A stretch of 45,184 nt of DNA from a virus. Taxonomy: Duplodnaviria; Caudoviricetes. A model generated the notes under the pieces. The model saw only the letters and a program-made list of their open reading frames with translations, ran no database searches and was not told the origin of the DNA. The position numbers and the translations under genes were made by a program. Where the stretch lies: the IMG/VR virus record IMGVR_UViG_3300038336_000112, positions 1-45,184 of that record; one strand, 5' to 3'. Below, one piece after another: positions 18,512 through 27,860 of the stretch (its first letter is position 1; each line of letters opens with the position of its first letter).

Positions 18512-18697
18512 ATAAAATCGATTCGAGCCTGACAACGTTTAGGGCGAGGAATCCTGATGCAACAGCCTGTCACACCAAGAGTGTTGGCGGGCTGTTTCGG
18601 GTCTCCTGGTCTCGTTGTGCCCTCAGGCTTGCAATCTGATCATCACGACTTCGAATGGCGTCATGACCTCGCCCTCCGTCTCAGGCGGGAGGCACAC

Positions 18698-19189
18698 ATG
18701 GCAAAGGACGCCAAGACAGAATTCTTCTATTACATCGACGAAAAACCGTACCGACTTACCCCAGGTAAGGACGGAATCACCCAGGAGATCATCACTGTTC
18801 TCCGTGACTCATACCATGCCGAGAAACTGAACGACCGGTATGAGGATGAACTGCAGGATGCGAAGTTCAAATTCTCAAAGACCCTTCACGATGCCAACCC
18901 GACAGCTCATCCAACAGATCCCATCGAGCATCTTGTGGATAATTCCCAAGCCCCAGAGGAGGTCCTATTCCAGGATGAGCTTCCCCCCTCGATCAGGGAT
19001 CAGGTACACACGATCATCCCACAGCTGATCCCCGCCCAACAGGAGCTTTTCTGGAAGCTCTGTGAAGGCCGACAACTCGTCGATATCGCCCGGGAGGAAG
19101 GGACCACGGACAATGCGATCCGTAGCCGCCGCAGAAAGATGTTCGATCGCATCAGGGCTCTCTATGCCGAGGAGTTTGGGGATGCATAA
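18698..19189 (+). CDS. Phage sigma70 region-4-like HTH regulator
   Basis: LIPAQQELFWKL...LVDIAREEGTTDNAIRSRRRK; GGGAGG SD before ATG 18698. Confidence 0.75.
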   Translation: MAKDAKTEFFYYIDEKPYRLTPGKDGITQEIITVLRDSYHAEKLNDRYEDELQDAKFKFSKTLHDANPTAHPTDPIEHLVDNSQAPEEVLFQDELPPSIRDQVHTIIPQLIPAQQELFWKLCEGRQLVDIAREEGTTDNAIRSRRRKMFDRIRALYAEEFGDA

Positions 19190-19310
19190 TCCCCGTTTTC
19201 TCCTTGGGGTACGGATTTCAGGTATTAGGCAGAGGATGTACACACGGGGTGATGCCACACCGAAACAGCCTCCGGGGAAACAACACCCCGTACAGCGATG
19301 GAGAAACACA

Positions 19311-19523
19311 ATGAAACTTCAACACAGGGTCCAGATCAATGTGGCCCAAGGCGGGGAAGGAACCCAGGGAGTGCTGGGTAGTCGTGGACGAAAGTTACCC
19401 GCAAGGCTGCTGCGATTTCTGTTCGGCCAGTACAGCGAAGTGCTCGTACTTACACCGGGCAAAACGGTCAGGAGCGTCGAAATACATGAGATGCAAGAAG
19501 GAGTGAATGAAAATGGAAGATAA
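19311..19523 (+). CDS. Small phage hypothetical protein
   Basis: GGAG SD, MKLQHRVQINV...VLVLTPGKTVRSVEI; overlaps next gene. Confidence 0.7.
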   Translation: MKLQHRVQINVAQGGEGTQGVLGSRGRKLPARLLRFLFGQYSEVLVLTPGKTVRSVEIHEMQEGVNENGR

Positions 19524-20034
19524 AGCCCAGTTGTTGCTTGATGGAGCCAAGGGATTCAGATCTCTTGCGGAGGCGCTCGAATTAGCCGCCGAAGTGCTTC
19601 GCACACAAGACCTGAAGAACCTGCTCGGACAGAAGGAGATCCAACCAGACCTTTTTGAAGCACAGGACTCCCAAGCGTTTCAAGAGCCCCCAAAGGATGA
19701 GAAGCCTTTGTCTCTGATCGATGTGCGCAAGATACTCGCAGAGAAGTCACGTGATGGTTACACGGACCAAGTGCGGCTGCTCCTGCAAAAGTATGGAGCT
19801 GACAAGCTCTCAGCGATCGATCCCTCCCATTTCAGAAATCTTGCCGATGAGGCCCTTTGTTTGGGAGCGACATTGGAAGATTTGAAGGCTGCCGTCAACG
19901 CAATCACCTCGAAGGACAAGGCCGATCAGCTGCCAGCCATCTTCGAACACCACTACGCCACCAGCCTTGAGGATCTGAAACCGGAATATTACCCGGGTTT
20001 CCTCAGGGATATCAGGAGGCTTGCCGATGAGTAG
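19507..20034 (+). CDS. Phage replication-module hypothetical protein
   Basis: VRKILAEKSRDG...LLQKYGADKLSAIDP motif typical of the gene upstream of DUF2800; motif appears internally duplicated. Confidence 0.7.
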   Translation: MKMEDKAQLLLDGAKGFRSLAEALELAAEVLRTQDLKNLLGQKEIQPDLFEAQDSQAFQEPPKDEKPLSLIDVRKILAEKSRDGYTDQVRLLLQKYGADKLSAIDPSHFRNLADEALCLGATLEDLKAAVNAITSKDKADQLPAIFEHHYATSLEDLKPEYYPGFLRDIRRLADE

Positions 20035-21151
20035 GCATGCCCTTCTTTCTCCCTCATCGGCCTCGCGATGGACAATGTGCCCGCCATCGGCACGCCTATG
20101 CGAACACATCGAGGAGAAATCAAGTGTGTTCGCCGAGGAAGGAACCGAAGCCCATACCCTATGCGAGTACAAGGTCAAGCTTGCCCTGGGAATCAAGATG
20201 GAGGACCCGAGACCCACCCTGCACTACCACAATGAGGAAATGGAAAGCTGTACCGATGAATATGCCGCATTCGTTCTCGAGGCATTGCAGCTTGAGAAGG
20301 ATGCTCAAAAAGATCCGTTGATACTCCTTGAACAACGCCTGGATATCAGCACGTATGTACCTGAATGTTCTGGGACCGGAGACTGCATCATCATCGCCGA
20401 CAGGAACCTGCATATCATCGACTTCAAGTACGGACAGGGGGTCGAAGTCTCTGCAGACCACAATACCCAGATGATGCTCTACTCCCTCGGAGCTCTTGAT
20501 ATGTTCGGCTCGTTGTATGAGGTGGAAGAGGTATCGATGACCGTATTCCAACCCCGCCTTGCAAACGTGAGCACGTTCACCATGACTGCCGATGACCTAA
20601 CCAACTGGGCTGAATCCTATCTCAAACCAAGGGCTGAATTGGCATTCCGGGGCAAGGGTGAATTCTGCTCAGGTTCCCATTGCCGCTTCTGCAAGGTGAA
20701 AGCCACCTGCCGTAAGCGTGCCGAGGCAAACCTGGATCTCGCTCGCTACGAGTTCTCCGAGCCTGTACTCCTGGGAGATGACGAGATTGCAGAGATCCTG
20801 AAGCAAGCTGACGAGTTGGCTTCTTGGGTAAGCGATATCAAGGGGTACGCTCTTTCGGTATTGGGTAGAGGAGGAAAACTGGAAGGTTTCAAGCTGGTCG
20901 AAGGTAGATCGATACGCAAGTACACCGATGAGCAGGCTGTCGCCGAGGCAGTCAACTCTTCTGGATTCGATCCCTACGACCACAAGGTACTGGGAATCAC
21001 AGCAATGACCGAATTGCTGGGAAGAACACGATTCAAAGAGATCTTGGGCCCATTCATCTACAAGCCCAAAGGCAAACCGACGCTCGTACCGGAAAGCGAT
21101 AAAAGACCGGCTATCACAATCAACGACTTTGACGACATGGAGGAAAAGTAA
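20027..21151 (+). CDS. DUF2800 Cas4-like PD-(D/E)XK nuclease
   Basis: HALLSPSSASRW..C, GTGDC, IIDFKYG, QMMLYSLG, CRFC...C cluster. Confidence 0.85.
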   Translation: MSRHALLSPSSASRWTMCPPSARLCEHIEEKSSVFAEEGTEAHTLCEYKVKLALGIKMEDPRPTLHYHNEEMESCTDEYAAFVLEALQLEKDAQKDPLILLEQRLDISTYVPECSGTGDCIIIADRNLHIIDFKYGQGVEVSADHNTQMMLYSLGALDMFGSLYEVEEVSMTVFQPRLANVSTFTMTADDLTNWAESYLKPRAELAFRGKGEFCSGSHCRFCKVKATCRKRAEANLDLARYEFSEPVLLGDDEIAEILKQADELASWVSDIKGYALSVLGRGGKLEGFKLVEGRSIRKYTDEQAVAEAVNSSGFDPYDHKVLGITAMTELLGRTRFKEILGPFIYKPKGKPTLVPESDKRPAITINDFDDMEEK

Positions 21152-21714
21152 TGTCAACAATCGCAAATCCAATGAAGGTAATCACCGGAAAGAACACCAG
21201 ATGGTCCTATGCAAATGTGTGGGAGCCCAAGTCCATCAATGGAGGGTCTCCGAAGTACTCGGTCTCCCTGATCATCCCCAAGAGCGACAAGGCAACTGTG
21301 CAGAAAATCAAGGCTGCCATCGAGGCTGCGTACAAGGAAGGTGAGGCAAAACTCAAGGGCAACGGAAGGACAGCCCCGTCGCTTGCATCGCTGAAGACTC
21401 CCTTGCGCGATGGGGATATCGACCGCCCGGATGACCCAGCCTACGAGAACGCATTCTTCATCAATGCCAACAGTGCCACCGCACCCGGTATCGTTGATGC
21501 GGATTGCAACCCCGTGCTGAACCGCAGTGATGTGTACTCGGGTGTCTACGGACGGGCCTCGATCACCTTCTATGCGTTCAACTCCAACGGCAACCGCGGC
21601 ATCGCATGCGGCCTGCAGAATCTGCAGCTTATCCGCGATGGGGAACCCCTGGGCGGCAAGGCAAGTGCAGAGAGTGACTTCGCCACCGACGACGAGGATG
21701 ATTTCCTTGCCTGA
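21151..21714 (+). CDS. DUF2815 phage ssDNA-binding protein
   Basis: RWSYANVWEP, KYSVSLIIPK, LRDGD, YSGVY, acidic tail DDEDDFLA. Confidence 0.88.
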   Translation: MSTIANPMKVITGKNTRWSYANVWEPKSINGGSPKYSVSLIIPKSDKATVQKIKAAIEAAYKEGEAKLKGNGRTAPSLASLKTPLRDGDIDRPDDPAYENAFFINANSATAPGIVDADCNPVLNRSDVYSGVYGRASITFYAFNSNGNRGIACGLQNLQLIRDGEPLGGKASAESDFATDDEDDFLA

Positions 21715-21725
21715 TCTCTTCACAA

Positions 21726-21756
21726 GAGGACGGTGGCAATACGCTGCCGTCCTTTT
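21726..21756 (+). terminator. Hairpin/terminator-like element after SSB gene
   Basis: AGGACGGTGGC-AATAC-GCTGCCGTCCT followed by a short T run. Confidence 0.55.
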
Positions 21757-21801
21757 AATATGTGCTTACTTGAAACCCAACTTCGTTACCAGGAGATCAG
21801 G

Positions 21802-23742
21802 ATGAACTACCTTAGCATCGATATCGAGACATATTCCTCGATCAATCTAGCCAAGAGCGGAGTTTACCGTTACTGCGAGGCAGAGGACTTCGAGATCCTC
21901 CTGTTCGGTTACAGCGTGGACGGCGGAGAGGTGAAGATCGTCGATCTCGCCCGGGGAGAGAAAATCCCCAAAAACATAATCAGTGCTATCTACGATGATG
22001 GCATCATCAAATGGGCGTTCAATGCAACCTTCGAACGCATTTGTCTTTCCTGCCATTTGGGATTGCCGACAGGTACTTATCTGGATCCGTCCTCCTGGCG
22101 TTGCACGATGATCTGGTCGGCGTATCTGGGACTACCCCTATCGCTGATGGGTGTCGGTGCAGTGCTCGGTCTTCAGAGACAGAAGCTCTCCGAGGGCAAG
22201 GATCTGATCAGATACTTCTGCACACCATGCAATCCTACTATCACCAACGGCGGACGTACCAGGAATGAGGCTGATGATGCACCTGACAAATGGAAATTGT
22301 TCATCGAGTACAACAAGCGCGATGTCGAGGTTGAGATTGCCATCCATCAGCGCCTCTGTCGATTTCCGGTTCCCGATGCCATCTGGGATGAGTACCGCCT
22401 TGATCAAGGCATCAACGACCGGGGTGTGCTGGTCGACAAGAATCTCGTGGGTAATGCAATCAGGATGGACAAACGTGCCCGAGAAGAGTTGATTGCGAAG
22501 ATGAAGGATCTCACTGACCTCGAGAATCCCAACTCGGTATCCCAGGTAAAGACCTGGCTATCAGAGAACGGTCTTGAAGTCGATTCTCTTGGCAAGAAGG
22601 ATGTGAAGGCGGCTTTGCAGGATGCCCCGCGCCAGATCCAGGAAGTACTCGAGCTCAGGCTTCAGCTTGCCAAGTCGTCGGTGAAGAAGTACCAGGCGAT
22701 GGAAAATGCAGTTTGCAGCGATGGCAGGACAAGGGGCATGTTCCAGTTCTACGGGGCAAACCGTACCGGGAGGTGGGCCGGAAGACTCGTGCAAATGCAA
22801 AATCTACCCCAGAACCATCTGGAGGATCTGGAGACTGCAAGAACCTTGGTGAATAGCGGTGGGTATGAAGCGGTGCAGATGTTGTATTCCGATGTTCCCA
22901 ACACATTGTCGCAGTTGGTCCGTACCGCCTTCATTCCCAGGAAAGGATATCGGTTCATTGTATCGGACTTCTCTGCAATAGAAGCAAGGGTGCTCTCCTG
23001 GCTTGCAGGGGAAACCTGGCGCATGGAGGTCTTTGCGGGCAATGGCGACATCTACTGTGCATCCGCTTCTCAGATGTTCAAGGTCCCTGTAGAGAAGCAT
23101 GGCCAGAATGCCCATCTAAGACAGAAAGGGAAAATTGCCGAATTGGCGCTCGGGTACGGCGGGTCGGTGGGAGCTCTGAAGGCGATGGGCGCTCTGGATA
23201 TGGGCCTTGAAGAGAATGAGCTCAAGCCATTGGTAAATGTGTGGCGTCAATCCAATCCGAACATCGTCCAGTTTTGGTGGGATGTGGACAAGGTGGTTAA
23301 GGAAGCAGTCAAGGATAGGATCTCGACCAACACACATGGCATCAAGTTCTCGTATGAGAGTGGCTTCCTGTTCATCACCTTGCCATCAGGCAGACGGCTT
23401 GCCTACGTGAAGCCCCGTATGGGTACCAATGATTTTGGCAGCGATTGCGTAACCTATGAGGGTGTGGGAGCCACAAAGAAATGGGAACGCATCGAAACAT
23501 ATGGGCCCAAGGTGGTGGAAAACATCGTCCAGGCAATCAGCCGTGACATTCTCTGCTACTCGATGCAGCAACTCAAGGATCATCGGATCTGCATGCACAT
23601 CCATGACGAGATCGTCATCGAGGCACCTGCTGAAGTGGAACTGAAAGACATCGAGGCTTCCATGGCGGCATCGCCATCATGGGCGAATGGATTGCTGCTC
23701 AATGCGGATGGCTTTGAGACCAAATTTTACAAGAAGGACTAA
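21802..23742 (+). CDS. Phage family A DNA polymerase
   Basis: Exo DIETYS and FNATFER; polymerase motif A DFSAIEARV, motif B RQKGKIAELALGYG, motif C HIHDEI. Confidence 0.93.
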   Translation: MNYLSIDIETYSSINLAKSGVYRYCEAEDFEILLFGYSVDGGEVKIVDLARGEKIPKNIISAIYDDGIIKWAFNATFERICLSCHLGLPTGTYLDPSSWRCTMIWSAYLGLPLSLMGVGAVLGLQRQKLSEGKDLIRYFCTPCNPTITNGGRTRNEADDAPDKWKLFIEYNKRDVEVEIAIHQRLCRFPVPDAIWDEYRLDQGINDRGVLVDKNLVGNAIRMDKRAREELIAKMKDLTDLENPNSVSQVKTWLSENGLEVDSLGKKDVKAALQDAPRQIQEVLELRLQLAKSSVKKYQAMENAVCSDGRTRGMFQFYGANRTGRWAGRLVQMQNLPQNHLEDLETARTLVNSGGYEAVQMLYSDVPNTLSQLVRTAFIPRKGYRFIVSDFSAIEARVLSWLAGETWRMEVFAGNGDIYCASASQMFKVPVEKHGQNAHLRQKGKIAELALGYGGSVGALKAMGALDMGLEENELKPLVNVWRQSNPNIVQFWWDVDKVVKEAVKDRISTNTHGIKFSYESGFLFITLPSGRRLAYVKPRMGTNDFGSDCVTYEGVGATKKWERIETYGPKVVENIVQAISRDILCYSMQQLKDHRICMHIHDEIVIEAPAEVELKDIEASMAASPSWANGLLLNADGFETKFYKKD

Positions 23743-23744
23743 AT

Positions 23745-24173
23745 ATGAATATACGCAACAAGGAAGGATATATGGATAGGACCCCCTATGAGGCCATGAA
23801 GATTATTGAGAAACAAGCAAGACCACATTTTGATTATCATCCCATGGTCTATATCTGCTCTCCATATGCTGGGAATATCGAAGAGAATGTGTTCCATGCC
23901 AGGCGTTACAGCCGCTTTGCTGTCGAGAAAGGTTATCTTCCGATAACCCCTCACCTGCTCTATCCCCAGTTTCTTGATGACGGGCTTCAGAGCGAACGCG
24001 ACCTGGGCATGTTCTTCGGCATCGTGCTCATGAGCAAATGTTCGGAAGTTTGGGTGTTTGGTGACCGGATCAGTACAGGAATGCAGATTGAGATTGATAG
24101 GGCTCGCTGCAAGGGATACAAGGTGAGATTTTTCGGCAGCGATTGCCTTGAGACCGAACCCAGGAACATTTGA
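23745..24173 (+). CDS. DUF4406/nucleoside deoxyribosyltransferase-like phage protein
   Basis: VYICSPYAG, PITPHLLYPQF, CSEVWVFG...STGMQIEI. Confidence 0.75.
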   Translation: MNIRNKEGYMDRTPYEAMKIIEKQARPHFDYHPMVYICSPYAGNIEENVFHARRYSRFAVEKGYLPITPHLLYPQFLDDGLQSERDLGMFFGIVLMSKCSEVWVFGDRISTGMQIEIDRARCKGYKVRFFGSDCLETEPRNI

Positions 24174-24255
24174 TCATTTCATTTCCTCCTCTGTGGTTTC
24201 CCTTTTCCCAAATTCAAAGGGTACGGTTTTTCGGCAATAAGAAGGAGGAATAATT

Positions 24256-24969
24256 ATGAGTCGAAAAACCTTACCCTGTTATAGCCAAGACCGGTGCAAC
24301 AATGATGTGTGCCATTCCAGTGAAAGAACATCCCCTTCATTAGATACGCTGATTCCCATCAACTATGAAACCCCAGTCCCTACTGTCAGTGCACGGGACC
24401 TACATCAGGCATTGCAGGTGTCTACCCGTTACAATGATTGGTTCTCTCGAATGTGTGACTTTGGATTCATCGGCGGAAAGGACTTTTACTCAAATCTGAG
24501 TAAAAGTATTGGGGGTCGCCCGGGCATCGACCATGAGATTACTATTGCTATGGCCAAGGAGCTGTGCATGCTCCAGCGCTCTGAAATGGGCCGAAAATTC
24601 CGACGGTACTTCATTGCTATAGAGGAAGCATGGAACTCTCCCGAACACATCATGGAACGCGCACTGCAGATCGCACACCAAAGAGCACTCGAGGCGCAAC
24701 GACGGATCATGGATCTCACGGAAGAAAATGAAACCCTCGAGATCGCCTTGAATACCTCACTACAGTTCTACACCGTGGCGAAATACAACAAGGTTTTCGG
24801 GAAACACTGGAATCTTGCACAATCCCAGGCCATCGGCAAGCAGCTTTCGGCATTCTGCCGGTCACGAGCGATCGAGATACGTACATGTGAAACGAACGAC
24901 GAACGCTTCGGTACGGTGAACAGTTATCCGATCACCGCATGGAACGACTTCCTGAAGGAGATACAATGA
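24256..24969 (+). CDS. AntA/AntB-type phage antirepressor
   Basis: VSARDLHQAL...YNDWFSR, MAKELCMLQRSEMGRKFRRYFI. Confidence 0.82.
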   Translation: MSRKTLPCYSQDRCNNDVCHSSERTSPSLDTLIPINYETPVPTVSARDLHQALQVSTRYNDWFSRMCDFGFIGGKDFYSNLSKSIGGRPGIDHEITIAMAKELCMLQRSEMGRKFRRYFIAIEEAWNSPEHIMERALQIAHQRALEAQRRIMDLTEENETLEIALNTSLQFYTVAKYNKVFGKHWNLAQSQAIGKQLSAFCRSRAIEIRTCETNDERFGTVNSYPITAWNDFLKEIQ

Positions 24970-27404
24970 ACGACCAACTCATCAAGGTTGCGCTCTGCAA
25001 CCGAAAGACCGACCGGAAGTACAAGAATCAGGAAATGACCTGGCAAGCGATAAAGGATCGTAATGCCAATCCCATACGAACCTCGGAGACGGTACAGGAG
25101 TACCCTCGGCTACCACGTGTGCAACGTGATCAGCTGAAGGACCAGGGAGGCTTCGTCGGAGGATGGTTGAAGGAAGGCATCCGAAAAAATGGCCATGTGA
25201 TTTGCAGGTTGGTGGGAACCCTGGATGCAGACCATATCGAAGGCGGAGAAGACTTCCCCAATAAGGTGAAGAATTCCCTGACGGGTATAACCTATTTCCT
25301 CTACTCAACACACAGCCATGCTCCTGAGAATCCCCGCTGCCGCATCGTATTCCCGTTCACCCGTGAAGTAGGTGAAGACGAGTACCCCGCACTCATGCGC
25401 ATGGTGGCCAAACAGATCGGCATAGACCATTTCGACGACTCCACCTACCAAGCAAACCGTATGATGTACTGGGCGAGTTGTCCATCCAACGGGGAATTCA
25501 TATTCGAGGCCCAGGACGGGGTTGCGCTTGATCCCGACAAGTACCTTGGCATGTACCACGACTGGAAGGATGCCTCCCAATGGCCGGTCAGCTCCCGTCA
25601 GTCCGAGGTCATCCAAACCTCGATGCGTAGCCAAAGCGATCCGCTGGCGAAAGAAGGAATTGTGGGGGTATTCTGTCGAGCCTACCACCCGATCGATGAG
25701 GCAATCGATGCGTTCCTTTCCGGTGTGTATGCTCCCTCCACTCAAGATGGAAGGTACGACTACATTCCCGCTGACTCGAGCGCCGGGGTGGTGATCTACG
25801 ACGGCAAATTCGCCTACTCACATCACGCGTCCGATCCTGCATGCAACAAGACTCTCAATGCATTCGACTTGGTAAGAGTACATCGCTTCGGTGACGACGA
25901 TCCGAAGAAATCATTCAACGCCATGGCAGATCTTGCCAGCAAGGACGAACGGGTGAAGTTGCTCATCCTTCATGAGCGCAGAATGGAAGCAGAGGCTGAC
26001 TTTGTACCGGAGGATGACTGGAAAAAACGGTTGATATACGAGACCAGGAGCACCGTGCTCAAAAATTGCGTGTGGAACCTGAACCTGATCCTCGACAACG
26101 ACCCGGATCTCGCGGGGTTTGCTTACAACGATCTTGCCGGGCGCATTCAAGTCACATCGAAGATGCCATGGGACAGGCCGGTGGGAAATAACTTCTGGCG
26201 CGATGCCGATACGGCACAGCTGAAATCCCTCATCGATATCCGCTATGGGTGTTTCTCAAGCCGCAATCATGATGTGTCGTTCACAAAAATCTCAGATGAC
26301 CGCCATTTCCACCCCATCCGCGACTATCTGAATGGCTTGCCGCCATGGGATGGTGTACCAAGGGTCGAAGAGCTTTTCATCCAGTACCTGAAAGCCGACG
26401 ATACCTCCTATGTCAGGGAGATAACCAAAAAGACCTTCGCTGCCGCGGTTGCCCGCATTTACCATCCGGGAACCAAGTTCGACAACGTGCTGGTGCTCGA
26501 CGGCGAGCAAGGTATCGGCAAGAGTACGATCGTGAAGGACCTCGTTGGTAGTGAGTACTATTCTGAAACCCTCTCTTTGGCCGATATGGAGTCCAAGGCG
26601 GGTGCCGAGAAGCTGCAGGGGGTGTGGATCGCAGAGATCGGGGAACTGGCAGGAATAAAGAAAGCCGACATTGAGAAAGTGAAGGCGTTCTTCTCCACAT
26701 CCGACGACCAATACCGCCCCAGCTATGGCAAGGTGGTCGAAAGCCACCCTCGCCAGTGCGTGATCATTGCGACGGTCAACGGAGAACACGGGTACCTTCG
26801 CGACATCACCGGCAACCGCCGGTACTGGATCATCAAGTCCAACCTGGCTCGGCATAAGATGACTTGGCAATATTCCGAGGCGTATCGGACCCAGTTTTGG
26901 GCAGAAGCGAAGGCCATCTGGCAAAACGGTGAAAAACTCTATCTCGAGGGAGGCTTTCTGGAGGAGGCGGAGGAGGTCCAGAGCGAAGCCATGGAGATCG
27001 ATGTGCGCGAGGGATACGTCAGGAATTACCTCGATTTTCTGCTTCCCGAGAACTGGGAAGCGATGGACCTCTATGCACGACGTGCATTCCTTTCCGAGAA
27101 GGACAGCGGCATGACGGTGAGGGGAACCGTCAGGAGAACCGTGGTCTGCAATATGGAGATCTGGTGCGAATGCTACGGCAAGGACCCCGCAATGATCAGC
27201 AAGAACGACTCATATGGGATCACTGCCATCATGCAGAAGATCGAGGGATGGGGTAAATACCAAGGAACAAAAACAGGAACGCGATACTTCCCGATTTACG
27301 GAAAGCAACGCGCCTACGTTTTCCAAGGGACGGAACAATCATCGGAACGTTCCAAGCCTGTTCCAGAACTGGTTCCATTGGACTATGACGCAATCCCGTT
27401 CTGA
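24966..27404 (+). CDS. VapE-family primase/helicase
   Basis: N-terminal primase-like LDAD/STHSH; P-loop GEQGIGKST, EIGEL, LRDITGNRRYW. Confidence 0.88.
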   Translation: MNDQLIKVALCNRKTDRKYKNQEMTWQAIKDRNANPIRTSETVQEYPRLPRVQRDQLKDQGGFVGGWLKEGIRKNGHVICRLVGTLDADHIEGGEDFPNKVKNSLTGITYFLYSTHSHAPENPRCRIVFPFTREVGEDEYPALMRMVAKQIGIDHFDDSTYQANRMMYWASCPSNGEFIFEAQDGVALDPDKYLGMYHDWKDASQWPVSSRQSEVIQTSMRSQSDPLAKEGIVGVFCRAYHPIDEAIDAFLSGVYAPSTQDGRYDYIPADSSAGVVIYDGKFAYSHHASDPACNKTLNAFDLVRVHRFGDDDPKKSFNAMADLASKDERVKLLILHERRMEAEADFVPEDDWKKRLIYETRSTVLKNCVWNLNLILDNDPDLAGFAYNDLAGRIQVTSKMPWDRPVGNNFWRDADTAQLKSLIDIRYGCFSSRNHDVSFTKISDDRHFHPIRDYLNGLPPWDGVPRVEELFIQYLKADDTSYVREITKKTFAAAVARIYHPGTKFDNVLVLDGEQGIGKSTIVKDLVGSEYYSETLSLADMESKAGAEKLQGVWIAEIGELAGIKKADIEKVKAFFSTSDDQYRPSYGKVVESHPRQCVIIATVNGEHGYLRDITGNRRYWIIKSNLARHKMTWQYSEAYRTQFWAEAKAIWQNGEKLYLEGGFLEEAEEVQSEAMEIDVREGYVRNYLDFLLPENWEAMDLYARRAFLSEKDSGMTVRGTVRRTVVCNMEIWCECYGKDPAMISKNDSYGITAIMQKIEGWGKYQGTKTGTRYFPIYGKQRAYVFQGTEQSSERSKPVPELVPLDYDAIPF

Positions 27405-27563
27405 GGAGCAGGTTTTGGGGCAACAGGAACAATGGAACAAGAATATCTACTACATAAGTGGAAGTAGATATACAGGGAATGAGAGTGGCGGCGAGGGCGT
27501 ATATACGCACGTGGGACTTTATAGGACCCCCTGTTCCTTTCGTTCCACTCGTTCCTTCGTTCC
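27264..27563. repeat. Cluster of GGAAC/GTTCC pentamers (candidate replication origin)
   Basis: GGAAC at 27264, 27276, 27332, 27344, 27426, 27434; GTTCC at 27349, 27360, 27372, 27533, 27542, 27551, 27559. Confidence 0.65.
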
Positions 27564-27578
27564 AAAGGGAGATTTGGA

Positions 27579-27860
27579 ATGCTTGAGAAAGAGATCGAGT
27601 TGCAGCTGGTGAAGGTTGTGAAGAAGATGGGAGGCCGGGCTGTGAAATTCATGAGTCCCGGCTTCGATGGAATGCCGGACCGATTGGTGCTGCTGCCCGG
27701 CGGACGGTGCGGCTTTGTGGAAGTGAAGGCCCCGGGCAAAAAGATAAGGGCACTCCAACGGGTAAGGCATGAAATGCTGAAGGCCCTGGGGTTCAAGGCA
27801 TACGTGCTGGATGCAAAAGAGCAGATAGAGGAGATCATCAATGACATATGCACCGCATGA
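27579..27860 (+). CDS. VRR-NUC domain nuclease
   Basis: EKEIE, GMPDRLVL, FVEVKAPG, LQ. Confidence 0.9.
   Translation: MLEKEIELQLVKVVKKMGGRAVKFMSPGFDGMPDRLVLLPGGRCGFVEVKAPGKKIRALQRVRHEMLKALGFKAYVLDAKEQIEEIINDICTA

Noticed and set aside
18557-18697. N-terminal extensions given by the ORF track (here and at 21733, 29363, 32425, 33067, 35905, 37543, 38917, 39128, 43195)
   Set aside because: Downstream ATGs have clear SD sequences or coupling overlaps and match family N-termini; the extensions run through regulatory DNA or neighbouring genes
20027-21151. Cas4-like nuclease as a sign of CRISPR-Cas
   Set aside because: No repeat-spacer array or other cas genes seen; it sits in the standard DUF2800-DUF2815-PolA phage module
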